Shown here: piece after piece, positions 37,178-46,874 of the stretch
Numbering within the stretch: the stretch's first letter is position 1
How the letters are laid out: every line of letters begins with the position of its first letter
Assembly (NCBI GenBank): GCA_016928855.1
Contig: JAFGKA010000039.1
Location: forward strand, 1 to 62,671
Direction of reading: 5' to 3'
Source of the DNA: Phycisphaerae bacterium
GTDB taxonomy: Bacteria; Planctomycetota; Phycisphaerae; UBA1845; PWPN01
Length of the DNA stretch: 62,671 bases
Notes under the pieces: generated by a model
Database searches by the model: none
Told to the model about the DNA's origin: nothing
The model's input: only the letters and a program-made list of their open reading frames with translations
Program-made: the position numbers and the translations under genes

Positions 37178-40100
37178 CTATTCCTTGGCCGATTGCGCTC
37201 GCCGTATGGCCTGTGCTTGGCGAACGGCGTCAACTTGTGCCCAAGGCTGGACTTCGCAACGCCGCGCGTAGTCCTCATACATCGCTTCGAGTTGTCGAAC
37301 CTTGTCGGGCATTTCGGCGGCCAGGTTGTTCAGTTCGGCGCGATCCGCGTCGAGGTTGTACAGTTCCCAGGGCTGGGTGTACTCGCTGACCAGCTTCCAC
37401 CGCCCGGCGCGGACCGCACGGTTACCCGTGTGTTCCCAGAAGATCGCTCGGTGGCCGTCCCGCTGCCTGCCGCGAAAGACCGGCGCCAAGCTCTTGCCTT
37501 CCAGCGGGAGAATCTCCATGCCGTTATGGTATTGGGGGTACTGGCAGCGTGCCAGATCGACGCACGTGGCCATGACGTCGATGACGTGACCGACGTCGCG
37601 GCTGATGCGACCTTGCCCTGCGATGCCTTCAGGCCAATGGGCAATCAGTGGTGTGGCAATACCGCCTTCATGCGTGAAGCACTTGAGCTTTCGGAACGGC
37701 GTGTTCGAGGCGTTGGCCCAGCCGGTCCCGTAGCTGATGAACGAGTTAGCGCCGCCCCAACGCTCAGCCGGCACATCGTCGCGTCGGTTGAAGCCAAGTG
37801 GCCCGCCACCCAGGGCGCCCCCGTTGTCGGAAAGGAAGAGAATCAGCGTGTTGTCCAATTGACCGCTCTGCTCGAGATAGTCCACGATCCTGCCGACGTT
37901 CTGATCCAACCGATCGACCATGGCCGCGTAGATCGCCATGCGAAGATCCATCTCGTCTTGCTGGGCTTCGGAGAGCGAATCCCAGGCAGGCACGGGCCCA
38001 CCGCCATAATTCCTCCATGTCGGCGATTCGATGCCTTCACCACGCGACGAAAGCGCCCAACCGGGGCCGGCTATGCCCATTTCCTGCTGACGTCGATATC
38101 GTCGCCGTCGGACTTCGTCCCAGCCGATACGGTACTTGTCGCGGTAGCGGGCGATGTCATCGGGCCGGGCATGTAACGGCCAGTGCGGCGCGTTGTAAGC
38201 GATGTAGGCGAAGAACGGTTTGTCACCCCGAGATTGCGACTCCGTCATGAACCGAATGGCGTAGTCAGTGAACACGTCCGTCGTGTAGTAATCAGGTTCA
38301 AACTCGGCGATCAGCTTGTCGTCGAGCGCGAAGGGGCGCCGATAGCGGGGGTGGTTCGGCTGGAAGTAGTTCGCAGCGCCTTCGAGGACACCGTAGTAAC
38401 GATCGAACCCCCGGCGGCGCGGCCACGATCGGGGATCCAGGTATCCGACGTGCCACTTACCGGTCATCATCGTATCGTATCCACCGCGTCGGAGTACTTC
38501 CGCGATGGTGACGCAGCGGGAGGTAAGCCGTCCGCGATAACCCGGGTGGCCATAGTCTTTCGGGTCCTTCGTTCCGTCGGATGGGCGAGTCTCGCCGGTC
38601 ATCTCGCCGATACCTGCCTGGTGCGGATACAAGCCGGTCAGCAGTGACGCCCGTGTCGGGCAGCAGCGGGCCGTGTTGTAGAACTGCGTGAAGCGGAGTC
38701 CACCCGCGGCCAGTCGGTCGAGGACGGGCGTGTCGATTTCGCCACCGTAGCAACCCAAATCAGAAAAACCCAGATCGTCGGCCAATATCACGACGATATT
38801 GGGGCGGTCGCGAACCTCGGCCCGGGGTTGCGCGTTCTCCGTGGCTTTCTGCAGCTCAGGGGCTGTACTGGACCGCGGAAGGTCCTTGAGTCGACGAAAG
38901 AGATCGGGGTCCAGTTCCATCAGACCGAAGATGCCGTTCAACTGGCTGGTCGAGACCCACGGCAGCCACACACGATGCAGCCCGTAGCCGCGCCGCGGCG
39001 CCAGCGAGTAGTGCTCCTGCTGCCAGCCGGGGCCAATCAGATCGTACGTGCGCCCGGGGATCGCGACCATCGCCTTGGTGTTGTGCAGAAGGATCCGGGC
39101 GACGTCCAAGTAGTGCTCGTCGCCGGTCAGCTTGTAGAGCCTGGCGTACTCGTCGGCGTCGAAACTCATATAGGCGTCGACCAGCGAATGTCCCGACGCA
39201 ATCAGTTGTAGCCCGACGGTCGACACGCCGCGTTTCCAGTGCAGGGCCTCATTGTCGGCGTCGGCCGGCATCGGCACGTTCCAAATGTAGATCCAGGTCT
39301 CCGCGAAGCTGGCCGCCGCCTCGGCACGGTCAAGCCATTTGCCGTCGTGGGTTGCTTCGTAGAGAAACAGGTAGGCTTCCAGGGAAAGCGTCCCGGCTTC
39401 CTTGTCGAGGACGTCGGGGTTGTCGATCGTACCGCCAATGAAACGGCCGTCGGCCTGGCCATTCGACCAGCAGAACTCTCCGGCACGAAGTGCAGCCTCC
39501 AGGTACTCTGCGCTGCCGGTCATTTCGTGCAGCAGCACCAGGAGCGGAATTGCATTGTAGGAGGAGTTCGGCGAGTCGAGTTGGACGGTTCCCGTAACAG
39601 GCAGCCACGCCCGGGGGAACCCGCCGCCGGGCAGTTGTTGAGTCAGAAGCCAGTCGGCGAACTCTCGAGCCTTGGCCAGCCACTCCGAATGGACTCGCCC
39701 GTGCTCTTTCTCCCGCCGATAGGCCCGCAGCAGGGCCTTGAAACCATCTCCGAACGAGCGGAGATAGACTTCGGGCAGACCGCGATGGCCGAGCGCCGTA
39801 GTCAGTTCCCCGCTCTCGATCTTGAAGCCCTCGGCCTCCGGAGGCGACATCTTCCAGCCCAGAAATGACTGGATCACCTTCTCGCCAAGCCGGCGCAGTT
39901 CCGTCCGTCCTTCCGTGTCGTCCAGCACTGCCTCGGCAAGGAGGCACTCGGCCGATTCCAGAGCCTTGCCCGTGAAGCCCATGACCGTTTTCGGATCAGG
40001 ACGCGGCGAACCACCGGGTACGCTCCGAAACGTGTGGGGCAGGCCGGCACGGTCTTCCACTTCCATTACATTGCCAGCCAGCGTCTTGACAAGCGACTTT

Positions 40101-41098
40101 CTTACCAGATCGATGTCATGCGGATTGACTTGCGGATCGAGCGTCTGCCAAGCCCAACGCCACGCCGACGCGATGCTCCTCGCGAAATTATCTTCCCGAC
40201 CGAAGCGGAATGACACTTCGTATTGTTGAACCAGGCCATCAGCGATCGGATGGTAGCGTCGGCGCCACTGGTGGAGCTGACCGCCGGGATAGGTGTTTCC
40301 CTGGTACATCTCCTCGCCTTCGGTTCCGGGAAACCAGTAGCCGAGGGCGAGGCCGGTGTCGCGCTCCTGGCCGCCGATGGAGCCGAACCGGAGACGCTCG
40401 TCGATCACAGTGCCGGGCAGGACCGTCGTACTTTCGGCGGCTGTGGTTTCGCCGCGCGGGGCCGAGTTGAGCACGGCCAACGTCGAACCGTCGCGGAAGT
40501 GGCCGGCCACCAGCGGGGCCGGCAACCGGTCTTCGCGAATGCGCACCGTGTAGCTGCCCGGGTGGTAGTAGGCTCGCCCGCCGATGGCGTGGACCGTCAA
40601 GTTCTCGAATCCGCCGTAGATCATGCCGGGGGCAAACCACCTTACGTCGGGCCAGGCCAACCGCTGCTGAATGTGCAATGTGATTTCAGAAAGGAACCCG
40701 CCGGCGGCGCCTCCGGACACGCGCACCGTGCGTACCACCCGCAGCACCGGACCATCGATCGACCAGCGATCCTCGACGTCGATCGCCGCACCCTGGTAAG
40801 CGATGTGACTCTTGCCTGCGAGTGCATCATCGGCCTTCACCAGCGAGTCGTAGGCCGCCGACCTGCGGACAACGTCACCGGGATCCTGGCCCCAGAATTC
40901 AATCGCCGCCGGCTCGGGTTGCGATACCGAAGCGAGCCCGGCGCCCTGCACGCGAAGTCCCCAGCCCTGCGGACTCCGTACGCCGTCCACTTGGGCGCCT
41001 CCGCTCAGCCGGCCAAGCGAAATCGTCTGCTCCGCAGCGATACTGCTCGCTTGCGAGACTGACACAAGTGTGGCGACGCATACTGTTATTTGGCGCAT
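37178..41098 (-). CDS. Fusion protein: uncharacterised ~760-aa core (paralogue of the 28007-31417 core) + linker + complete Cys-type (formylglycine) arylsulfatase domain
   Basis: Real start ATG 41098 (or GTG 41107 after GGGAGA), giving the signal peptide MRQITVCVATLVSVSQASSIAA. The core is collinear with the 28-kb protein. The sulfatase domain begins at RPNIVVILADDLGFSD (38806 downward) with CCPTRASLLTG and has no signal peptide of its own. No stop lies between the two parts. Confidence 0.85.
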   Translation of the reverse strand: MRQITVCVATLVSVSQASSIAAEQTISLGRLSGGAQVDGVRSPQGWGLRVQGAGLASVSQPEPAAIEFWGQDPGDVVRRSAAYDSLVKADDALAGKSHIAYQGAAIDVEDRWSIDGPVLRVVRTVRVSGGAAGGFLSEITLHIQQRLAWPDVRWFAPGMIYGGFENLTVHAIGGRAYYHPGSYTVRIREDRLPAPLVAGHFRDGSTLAVLNSAPRGETTAAESTTVLPGTVIDERLRFGSIGGQERDTGLALGYWFPGTEGEEMYQGNTYPGGQLHQWRRRYHPIADGLVQQYEVSFRFGREDNFARSIASAWRWAWQTLDPQVNPHDIDLVRKSLVKTLAGNVMEVEDRAGLPHTFRSVPGGSPRPDPKTVMGFTGKALESAECLLAEAVLDDTEGRTELRRLGEKVIQSFLGWKMSPPEAEGFKIESGELTTALGHRGLPEVYLRSFGDGFKALLRAYRREKEHGRVHSEWLAKAREFADWLLTQQLPGGGFPRAWLPVTGTVQLDSPNSSYNAIPLLVLLHEMTGSAEYLEAALRAGEFCWSNGQADGRFIGGTIDNPDVLDKEAGTLSLEAYLFLYEATHDGKWLDRAEAAASFAETWIYIWNVPMPADADNEALHWKRGVSTVGLQLIASGHSLVDAYMSFDADEYARLYKLTGDEHYLDVARILLHNTKAMVAIPGRTYDLIGPGWQQEHYSLAPRRGYGLHRVWLPWVSTSQLNGIFGLMELDPDLFRRLKDLPRSSTAPELQKATENAQPRAEVRDRPNIVVILADDLGFSDLGCYGGEIDTPVLDRLAAGGLRFTQFYNTARCCPTRASLLTGLYPHQAGIGEMTGETRPSDGTKDPKDYGHPGYRGRLTSRCVTIAEVLRRGGYDTMMTGKWHVGYLDPRSWPRRRGFDRYYGVLEGAANYFQPNHPRYRRPFALDDKLIAEFEPDYYTTDVFTDYAIRFMTESQSRGDKPFFAYIAYNAPHWPLHARPDDIARYRDKYRIGWDEVRRRRYRRQQEMGIAGPGWALSSRGEGIESPTWRNYGGGPVPAWDSLSEAQQDEMDLRMAIYAAMVDRLDQNVGRIVDYLEQSGQLDNTLILFLSDNGGALGGGPLGFNRRDDVPAERWGGANSFISYGTGWANASNTPFRKLKCFTHEGGIATPLIAHWPEGIAGQGRISRDVGHVIDVMATCVDLARCQYPQYHNGMEILPLEGKSLAPVFRGRQRDGHRAIFWEHTGNRAVRAGRWKLVSEYTQPWELYNLDADRAELNNLAAEMPDKVRQLEAMYEDYARRCEVQPWAQVDAVRQAQAIRRAQSAKE

Positions 41099-41136
41099 TC
41101 GGTTCACGTGAGTTCTCCCACTCAGCGGGTCCGTCG

Positions 41137-42678
41137 TTACCAGAACACGACGTACAGCCCTACCGTGATGAGGATGATCGTAATGCCGATCCATCTCACA
41201 GCAGGAGAGGTGGTCATGTCGAATTCCCCGTTGATCGGCATCTGGCGCGGTTTGGCCAACGGGCGAAGCCACGTGATCACGGCCATCACCAGGACGAGAA
41301 TGATGAAGGTGACCGCGATGCGATTGAGAAACGCCATGGGCAGCATTCCCGTTGCGTTGAGTGCGTACAACGCACCGTAGGCAATCGGGTTCAGCAACAG
41401 CCCGGTCACAGCCGCAGCGGCGGGCGCTCGCTTGACGAAGAATCCGTACATGAACGTGGCCAGGACGCCCACGGTGACGAACCCCTGGAACTCCTGAATG
41501 AACTGGAAGATGCCGGCGTTCAACTTGCCGAGTTGCGACCCGATCAGGCAGCCGATGACGACGAACAGGACGGTCATCGAACGACCGATCCAGATAAGTC
41601 GCGATTGCGACGCTTGCGGGGCAAGGTGCCGTTTGTAGACGTCCATCGTGAAGATGGTCGAGGCGGAGTTGAGCATCGAGGCCAACGAGCTGACGATCGC
41701 CCCCGCAATGGCGGCGAAGATCAGCCCGCGCAGCCCGGCCGGTATCAGTTCGCGAATGAGCATCGGGAAGGCTTGGTCGCTGTTTCCGAGTCGATCGCCG
41801 AAGTGGCCGGCGGCAATGATGCCGGGAATGACGATCATGATCGGCAGGATGATCTGGATTCCCGCGGCCATGAGCACGCCGAACTGACCCTCCCGAAGAG
41901 TTCGGGCCGCCAGGGCCCGCTGGGCGATGTATTGGTTGAAGCCCCAGTAGTAGAGGTTGGGGATCCAGATGCCCAAGAGCAGGGCCGAGCCGGGCAGTTC
42001 CATCACCCGCTCGGGCAGCACCATGTGCATCTTGTCGGCGTTCTGCTGCCAGAAGGGACCGATACCGCCGACGGCTCCAAAGGCGTACGCCGTAACCGTC
42101 GATCCGCCGATCAGCAAAGCCAGTCCGAGGAAGAGGTCGGCCCAGGCGACGGACTTGAGCCCGCCGTACGTGGTGTAGAGCGCCGCGATGGCGCCGACCA
42201 GCCACACGGCGGCTGCCAGGTCTGTCCCGAAGATAGTGTGGATCGCCAACCCGCCCGAATAGGCCACCGACGAGATCGTCACGCCCACGTAGATGACCAT
42301 CATGAACACGGACATGATGTTGCGCGCGGTGCTGCTGAATCGGTATTCGAGGTACTCGGGGATCGTGTAGATGCCCGCGCGAAGTAGTCGGGGCAAGAAG
42401 AACATGGCCACGATCGCCAGCGTGATGGCCGCGATCCAATCGTAGCTGGCCACAGCCAGCCCGACGTTGCGCGCCCCGGCTCCGTTCATGCCGACGAACT
42501 GCTCGCTGGAGATGTTGGCTGCAATCAGCGACAGGCCGATGATCGGCCAGATGAGCCCGCGACCGGCGAGGAAGTAGTCCTCGCTCGTCTTCTCTCGCCG
42601 GCCCTTGTACATGCTGAAGGCGACGACAAAACCAATGAACCCGACGAATAGCGCAACGTCCGTCCAATGGAGTTCCAT
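41137..42678 (-). CDS. Sodium:solute symporter, SGLT-like (SSF family)
   Basis: 513 aa. SEDYFLAGRGLIWPIIGLSLIAANISSEQFVGMNGAG. Confidence 0.9.
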   Translation of the reverse strand: MELHWTDVALFVGFIGFVVAFSMYKGRREKTSEDYFLAGRGLIWPIIGLSLIAANISSEQFVGMNGAGARNVGLAVASYDWIAAITLAIVAMFFLPRLLRAGIYTIPEYLEYRFSSTARNIMSVFMMVIYVGVTISSVAYSGGLAIHTIFGTDLAAAVWLVGAIAALYTTYGGLKSVAWADLFLGLALLIGGSTVTAYAFGAVGGIGPFWQQNADKMHMVLPERVMELPGSALLLGIWIPNLYYWGFNQYIAQRALAARTLREGQFGVLMAAGIQIILPIMIVIPGIIAAGHFGDRLGNSDQAFPMLIRELIPAGLRGLIFAAIAGAIVSSLASMLNSASTIFTMDVYKRHLAPQASQSRLIWIGRSMTVLFVVIGCLIGSQLGKLNAGIFQFIQEFQGFVTVGVLATFMYGFFVKRAPAAAAVTGLLLNPIAYGALYALNATGMLPMAFLNRIAVTFIILVLVMAVITWLRPLAKPRQMPINGEFDMTTSPAVRWIGITIILITVGLYVVFW

Positions 42679-42693
42679 ATGCTCATCCTTGGG

Positions 42694-43056
42694 CTATCTG
42701 AGGCTTTCTTTCCGGGCTGACGGTAAGTCTGTCCGGGGTTCGATACGGCGTTCGTCGTCCATGTTGATGCGGAGGATGGCGGGCCGCTCGCGAAACGGTG
42801 CGAGGGAATCATGGCCGAAGAAGGTTGCCCACCAGTGGCCCTGCTTGTCTTGGAAGAACACGTTGTGGCCGCCGTGCGGGATGGCCAGGTACGCCTCACT
42901 CCAAGGGCCTGAAAGGTCGTCGGCAGTGGCCACCATGCAGTTGTAACAGCGCTGTGCCGTACCGACCATGCCGCTGGCAAGGCCCAAGGCGAGCAGCCAG
43001 AGCAGACCGCATTGAGCGTGAAGTGTCACACACTCCTCCCCTTTTGCAGGCGTCAT
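42694..43056 (-). pseudogene. GH43-like last-blade stub (about 90 residues of family resemblance) preceded by a signal-peptide-like segment
   Basis: ATADDLSGPWSEAYLAIPHGGHNVFFQDKQGHWWATFFGHDSLAPFRERPAILRINMD resembles the C-terminal blade of GH43-type beta-propellers. There is no room for the other blades, because the sulfatase gene ends at 43070. Confidence 0.4.
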
Positions 43057-43069
43057 GCTACTCCCCGCT

Positions 43070-44671
43070 TCAGGAAGCCCGACGAGAAGCTTCAACGGCA
43101 ACATCGGTCGCCGGGACGGGGGCCGTATCCTCGTTTCCCACGGGCCGGGTTGTTGCCGGTTCCCGGCGGGTCGGATCTTGCTCGCTTAACGATGGCAGCG
43201 ACTTTCGCCAGATCAGCAACCGCTTGGCCAGCCGCTGGGCGATGTCCGGATACCGCCCGGCAACGTTGTTCGACTCCGACGCATCTTGCGACAAGTCGTA
43301 CAGTTCCAGCCGACTCCCGTCGCGGTCCATCAGCAGTTTCCACTGTCCCTCACGAATGGCGAGACTTGGACTCCGATCGGTCGGCTTGCCCGGCTGAAGA
43401 TAGGTTCCATCTCGGCCGTATTCCCAGAAGATCGGCGTTGCGCGGACAGGCTCGTCTCCCAGGAATGCACCACTCAAATCCTCGCCGTCGAAATCAACAG
43501 GTGGCGTCTCGATCCCTGCCAGCTTCGCGAAGGTCGGAAACACATCCACCGCAGCCAGGACCGTTTGTCGAACCACTTTTCCCGCCGGAATGGTGCCTTT
43601 CCAGCGGGCGATCATCGGCATCCGTATCCCACCCTCGTAGAGACTCCACTTTCGCCCTCGGAAACCGGCCGTGCTGCCCGGCGGGTCATAACCTCGTCTG
43701 TAGTAGCTGGGCCAAGCGGTCGGGCCGTTGTCGCTGGTCAACACGATCAAGGTTCGTTGGGCGAGGCCAAGCGAGTCGATGGCAGCAACGAGGCGGCCGA
43801 TCTGCCCGTCCATTTCGTCAAGCACGGCACAGAAACGCTGTTGAAACGGATTGTCTTTGAAACGTTCGTATTTCGCGACGAGGCTTTCGCGAGGCTCGTG
43901 CGGGTCATGCACGTCGTTGAGCCAGAGATGGAGGTAGAATGGCCTGTCCTCGTTTTCCTTGATGAAGTCGATGGCCCGGTTGACATAGATCTCGGTTAGC
44001 TGGTGTTTGGCAGCCCGCGATATCGTTCCTTGCCCCAATCGCTCGCTTTGATCGGACAACCGGCCCGGCGGCAGCACCCGGTCACCCAGGCCCTCGAATG
44101 ATACCAGCGACTCCTGGAAGCCATACGCCTGGGGCAACGGCGCATCGTCCACGTCACGCCCTCCCCCCATGTGCCACTTGCCGAAATGCGCCGTTGCGTA
44201 GCCGCCTTCTCTAAACGCCCGTGCCACGCATGGCACCTCGGGGTCGAGGAAGTCGCGCATCCCGCGTGCGCGGTTTCGCTCTCGCGAGTCAAGGTACGAG
44301 TGGATCAAGTGCCGTGCCGGGTACTGGCCGGTGGTGAACGCGACGCGCGACGGAGAGCAGATCGGCGAGTTGACGTAGAACTGGGCAACGCGGACACCTT
44401 CCGCCACCAGTCGGTCGATATGCGGGGTCTTGACATCCTTATTCCCTGTACAGCTCAAGTCGCCGTAGCCCATGTCGTCAACGAGAATGAAGACTATGTT
44501 CGGCCGAACCGGCGGTGACTCACCCGGGGACACGGTCGGCCCCCCAAGGCAAACGGCGATGAGAGTCACGAACACGCAAAGTGGCTTACCGAGAATCTGC
44601 TCTCGCGAGTCCAAGCAACTCCGCGCGCCGGGCTGCCACTCATGGTACAGTCCGCTGTTCTGCATCGTCAT
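43070..44671 (-). CDS. Cys-type (formylglycine) sulfatase
   Basis: RPNIVFILVDDMGYGDLSCTG ... SPICSPSRVAFTTGQYPARH. ATG 44671 is preceded by GGGAGGA. The longest ORF reaches 44725. Confidence 0.9.
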   Translation of the reverse strand: MTMQNSGLYHEWQPGARSCLDSREQILGKPLCVFVTLIAVCLGGPTVSPGESPPVRPNIVFILVDDMGYGDLSCTGNKDVKTPHIDRLVAEGVRVAQFYVNSPICSPSRVAFTTGQYPARHLIHSYLDSRERNRARGMRDFLDPEVPCVARAFREGGYATAHFGKWHMGGGRDVDDAPLPQAYGFQESLVSFEGLGDRVLPPGRLSDQSERLGQGTISRAAKHQLTEIYVNRAIDFIKENEDRPFYLHLWLNDVHDPHEPRESLVAKYERFKDNPFQQRFCAVLDEMDGQIGRLVAAIDSLGLAQRTLIVLTSDNGPTAWPSYYRRGYDPPGSTAGFRGRKWSLYEGGIRMPMIARWKGTIPAGKVVRQTVLAAVDVFPTFAKLAGIETPPVDFDGEDLSGAFLGDEPVRATPIFWEYGRDGTYLQPGKPTDRSPSLAIREGQWKLLMDRDGSRLELYDLSQDASESNNVAGRYPDIAQRLAKRLLIWRKSLPSLSEQDPTRREPATTRPVGNEDTAPVPATDVAVEASRRAS

Positions 44672-44857
44672 CTGGTCCTCCCGATTTCGCGTGCGGTGTC
44701 GGTCGCGGTCAGCCGTCCGACACAAAACACAGTCCGATGAACCTCCGGGGACGTGAAGATCGGGTTCCTGTAACCGGTGGCCGTCGCCTGCCTGGCGGTG
44801 ATGTAGCCGTGATGTGGTCCACGCAAGCGCCGCCAGGGTGCTTCACAATGTCGTTTC

Positions 44858-45247
44858 ATGGAAGATACCCCTATCGGCGGGGCGCTCGTCGTACGTGAGT
44901 GGTTCGCGCACGTAACCGCCAACGATGAGACAGGCCGCTGCGCCGGCTCTTTCGAGCTGTTGCCCAACCAAACGCGCTTTCTCAAACAACTCGTCCACGG
45001 GGGCTACTTTATCCCGACCATCGCAACGTTCAAACCGAGCGAACGCGGGCGCTTCGGGTTAGTGGAAATGCGGGTACAGTGCCGAGTCGGAAATCGCCTC
45101 AACCTCAGGCCGGGAAAGCGCCCCCGCCTTCCCAGAACGCCTTTCGGGCAAGCTCCAGTAGCTCGAAGCTGCGGCCGTCGTCATCTTCTCGTGTCCGGCC
45201 GGTCAGGCCGCGAAGCCGCCGTCGGACAGGCCACGGTGGCGTGCTGA
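44858..45247 (+). CDS. Hypothetical small ORF (coding signal only in the first ~70 codons)
   Basis: Third-position GC is high from MEDTPIGGALVVREWFAHV to about GRFGLVEM and then decays. No family recognised. Confidence 0.25.
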   Translation: MEDTPIGGALVVREWFAHVTANDETGRCAGSFELLPNQTRFLKQLVHGGYFIPTIATFKPSERGRFGLVEMRVQCRVGNRLNLRPGKRPRLPRTPFGQAPVARSCGRRHLLVSGRSGREAAVGQATVAC

Positions 45248-45596
45248 TGGACCCGTTATCAAACCGCGGTTGGTCAAAAGTTGGTCAATCAGACTTGTTG
45301 CCGCACGAACTGTCGCGCGTCCCGCTGACGAGCTGAACGTGATCTTGGGCTTCAAGGCAGAGAGGTCGACCCTCTCCTGTCTTCCCCCAGGCTAGGGGCA
45401 ACCGGCAACACTGCTCGTCTGGGATGCGGGTACGATGTACTGGAATTCGTGGGCTCCTCCGGGGGAGGAAAGTCGGGGACATGGCGGAATCACTGTGAGG
45501 CGCATCGGCGTCAGTTGCCGAAGCCAGCAGATCGCCCGCTTGCCTGAGAGCGATCGTGTTCCACGGCTCCCTGGTCAGACCTCTATATCCCGATCG

Positions 45597-46610
45597 TCAC
45601 CCGGACGCAGCGTCTGGCTGCCGTCGCAGGGTGTCCGATGGCAACTCGCCGAAGCATCCCTTGTAGGCGCGAGCGAAATCACCGAAGTGCCAGAAGCCCC
45701 ACCGCAGTGCCTCGGTGGTCACCGTGGTCGTGCCGTGAGTCGCCGCCCGCAAGGCCTGCCGCACCCGATGGAGCCGAAGCCGGGTCAGGTACGCAATTGG
45801 CGAGATCCCCATCAACTCCTTGAAGGCGTACTCCAAACTCCGCTCGCTGACTCCAGCTGCCTTACACAGGTCGGTCACACAAAGACGTTCTCCGGCATGT
45901 GCGAGGGCGTAATCCTCGGCGGTCCGTACGATCTGGCTGTAAGCTTGCCGTGTCAGGTCACGAGGTCCCGACTGGGCGGTCTTCGCCGAACCGAGCGTCG
46001 CCAGAAGGGTTTCGAGGAGTTCGACTTGAGCGGCGGTCTGTGTTTGTGGCAGATCAAACACCTGGGGCTGTGTCGCGGCCGCATTGATGAGGTGTCGCCC
46101 CCAGTCATACAGGGCGTGGGCGGCCGCCGGATCCGGCTGTAACAACTCGACGCCGCGTGGAACGCGCAACTCGCCCTCCCTGCGCCGGCCACGGAGGTGC
46201 GTCTGGATATCGTCGGGCGGGACGAAGAAGGATATGCTCTCGTAAGCAGCCGCCACAACGAAATCCACTTCGATGTCTGCAGCAGCCACCAGCAACCGAT
46301 CATGGCCGACGGGCAGCCCATTCAACGTGCCGACCGCTCGTGGGCCGAAGGCGACATACGCCACCAAACCGCTCTGCACTCTTGTGCGCGTGCGGATGGG
46401 CTGGTTGGTCGAGTAGAACAACAGCAGGCTTGCGCCAAGACGAACGGCGATTCTCTTCGCTCTCAGAGGGCTGGATTGCAGCTGTACTGCATCCTGCCCG
46501 ATCACCTCGATGTTCTCGCCAACCGCTGTCGGGTCGCTGATCTCGACCACCGTAACAGCCGGCTTCGGGCTAAGTGGAGCGGTCCTAAATGTTGACACCG
46601 GCTTTTCCAT
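45597..46610 (-). CDS. AraC/XylS family transcriptional regulator
   Basis: C-terminal double HTH: VTDLCKAAGVSERSLEYAFKELMGISPIAYLTRLRLHRVRQAL ... EALRWGFWHFGDFARAYKGCFGELPSDT. Confidence 0.85.
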   Translation of the reverse strand: MEKPVSTFRTAPLSPKPAVTVVEISDPTAVGENIEVIGQDAVQLQSSPLRAKRIAVRLGASLLLFYSTNQPIRTRTRVQSGLVAYVAFGPRAVGTLNGLPVGHDRLLVAAADIEVDFVVAAAYESISFFVPPDDIQTHLRGRRREGELRVPRGVELLQPDPAAAHALYDWGRHLINAAATQPQVFDLPQTQTAAQVELLETLLATLGSAKTAQSGPRDLTRQAYSQIVRTAEDYALAHAGERLCVTDLCKAAGVSERSLEYAFKELMGISPIAYLTRLRLHRVRQALRAATHGTTTVTTEALRWGFWHFGDFARAYKGCFGELPSDTLRRQPDAASG

Positions 46611-46712
46611 GTTTTGCGGAAATCCGATAGACGCCCGCGTACCTCCGACTGCACAATGCCCCTCGCGTCCAGGCTGCCTTCCAGCCGAGGGGTGATCCAG
46701 GGAGTGCCGGAC

Positions 46713-46865
46713 ATGTCGCGCACACTGTCAAAAGCTGCCGTAACTCTTGCTGCGATCCTAGCTTTCGGTCCGTCTGTTACGTTAGCAGACGGCAACCCGA
46801 AGGGCAAACCGGACCTACTGCACATCGTCCTTGACGACATGCGCTACCTCCAGACTGCTTCATAA
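46713..46865 (+). pseudogene. 50-codon sulfatase N-terminal stub (signal peptide plus first strand), or a leader ORF for the porin gene
   Basis: MSRTLSKAAVTLAAILAFGPSVTLADGNPKGKPDLLHIVLDDMRYLQTAS. KPDLLHIVLDDMRY mimics the sulfatase KPNIxxIxxDDxxy start. Third-position GC is atypically low. Its stop sits inside the porin RBS (TAAGGAGA). Confidence 0.35.
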
Positions 46866-46874
46866 GGAGATCCA

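Noticed and set aside
37178-42667. The 1829-aa ORF in the track, taken as a single gene
   Set aside because: Its first ~520 codons are an out-of-frame read-through of the SSF symporter gene (41137-42678, a convincing polytopic transporter) and look like Arg/Pro-rich shadow sequence. The real protein starts at ATG 41098 (or GTG 41107) with an RBS and signal peptide.
44843-45184. Minus-strand reading frame with an in-frame TAA, as a possible nucleotidyltransferase-like pseudogene or readthrough gene
   Set aside because: Third-position GC is mediocre in that frame, while the opposite-strand frame (44858-45247) has the stronger coding signal over the same bases. The resemblance was vague and hand-translated only.
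45465-45474. The RNase P RNA-like string GAGGAAAGTC
   Set aside because: Only a 10-nt match to the conserved GAGGAAAGUCCGGGC. The following bases diverge (GGGGAC), and none of the other universally conserved RNase P blocks are nearby.
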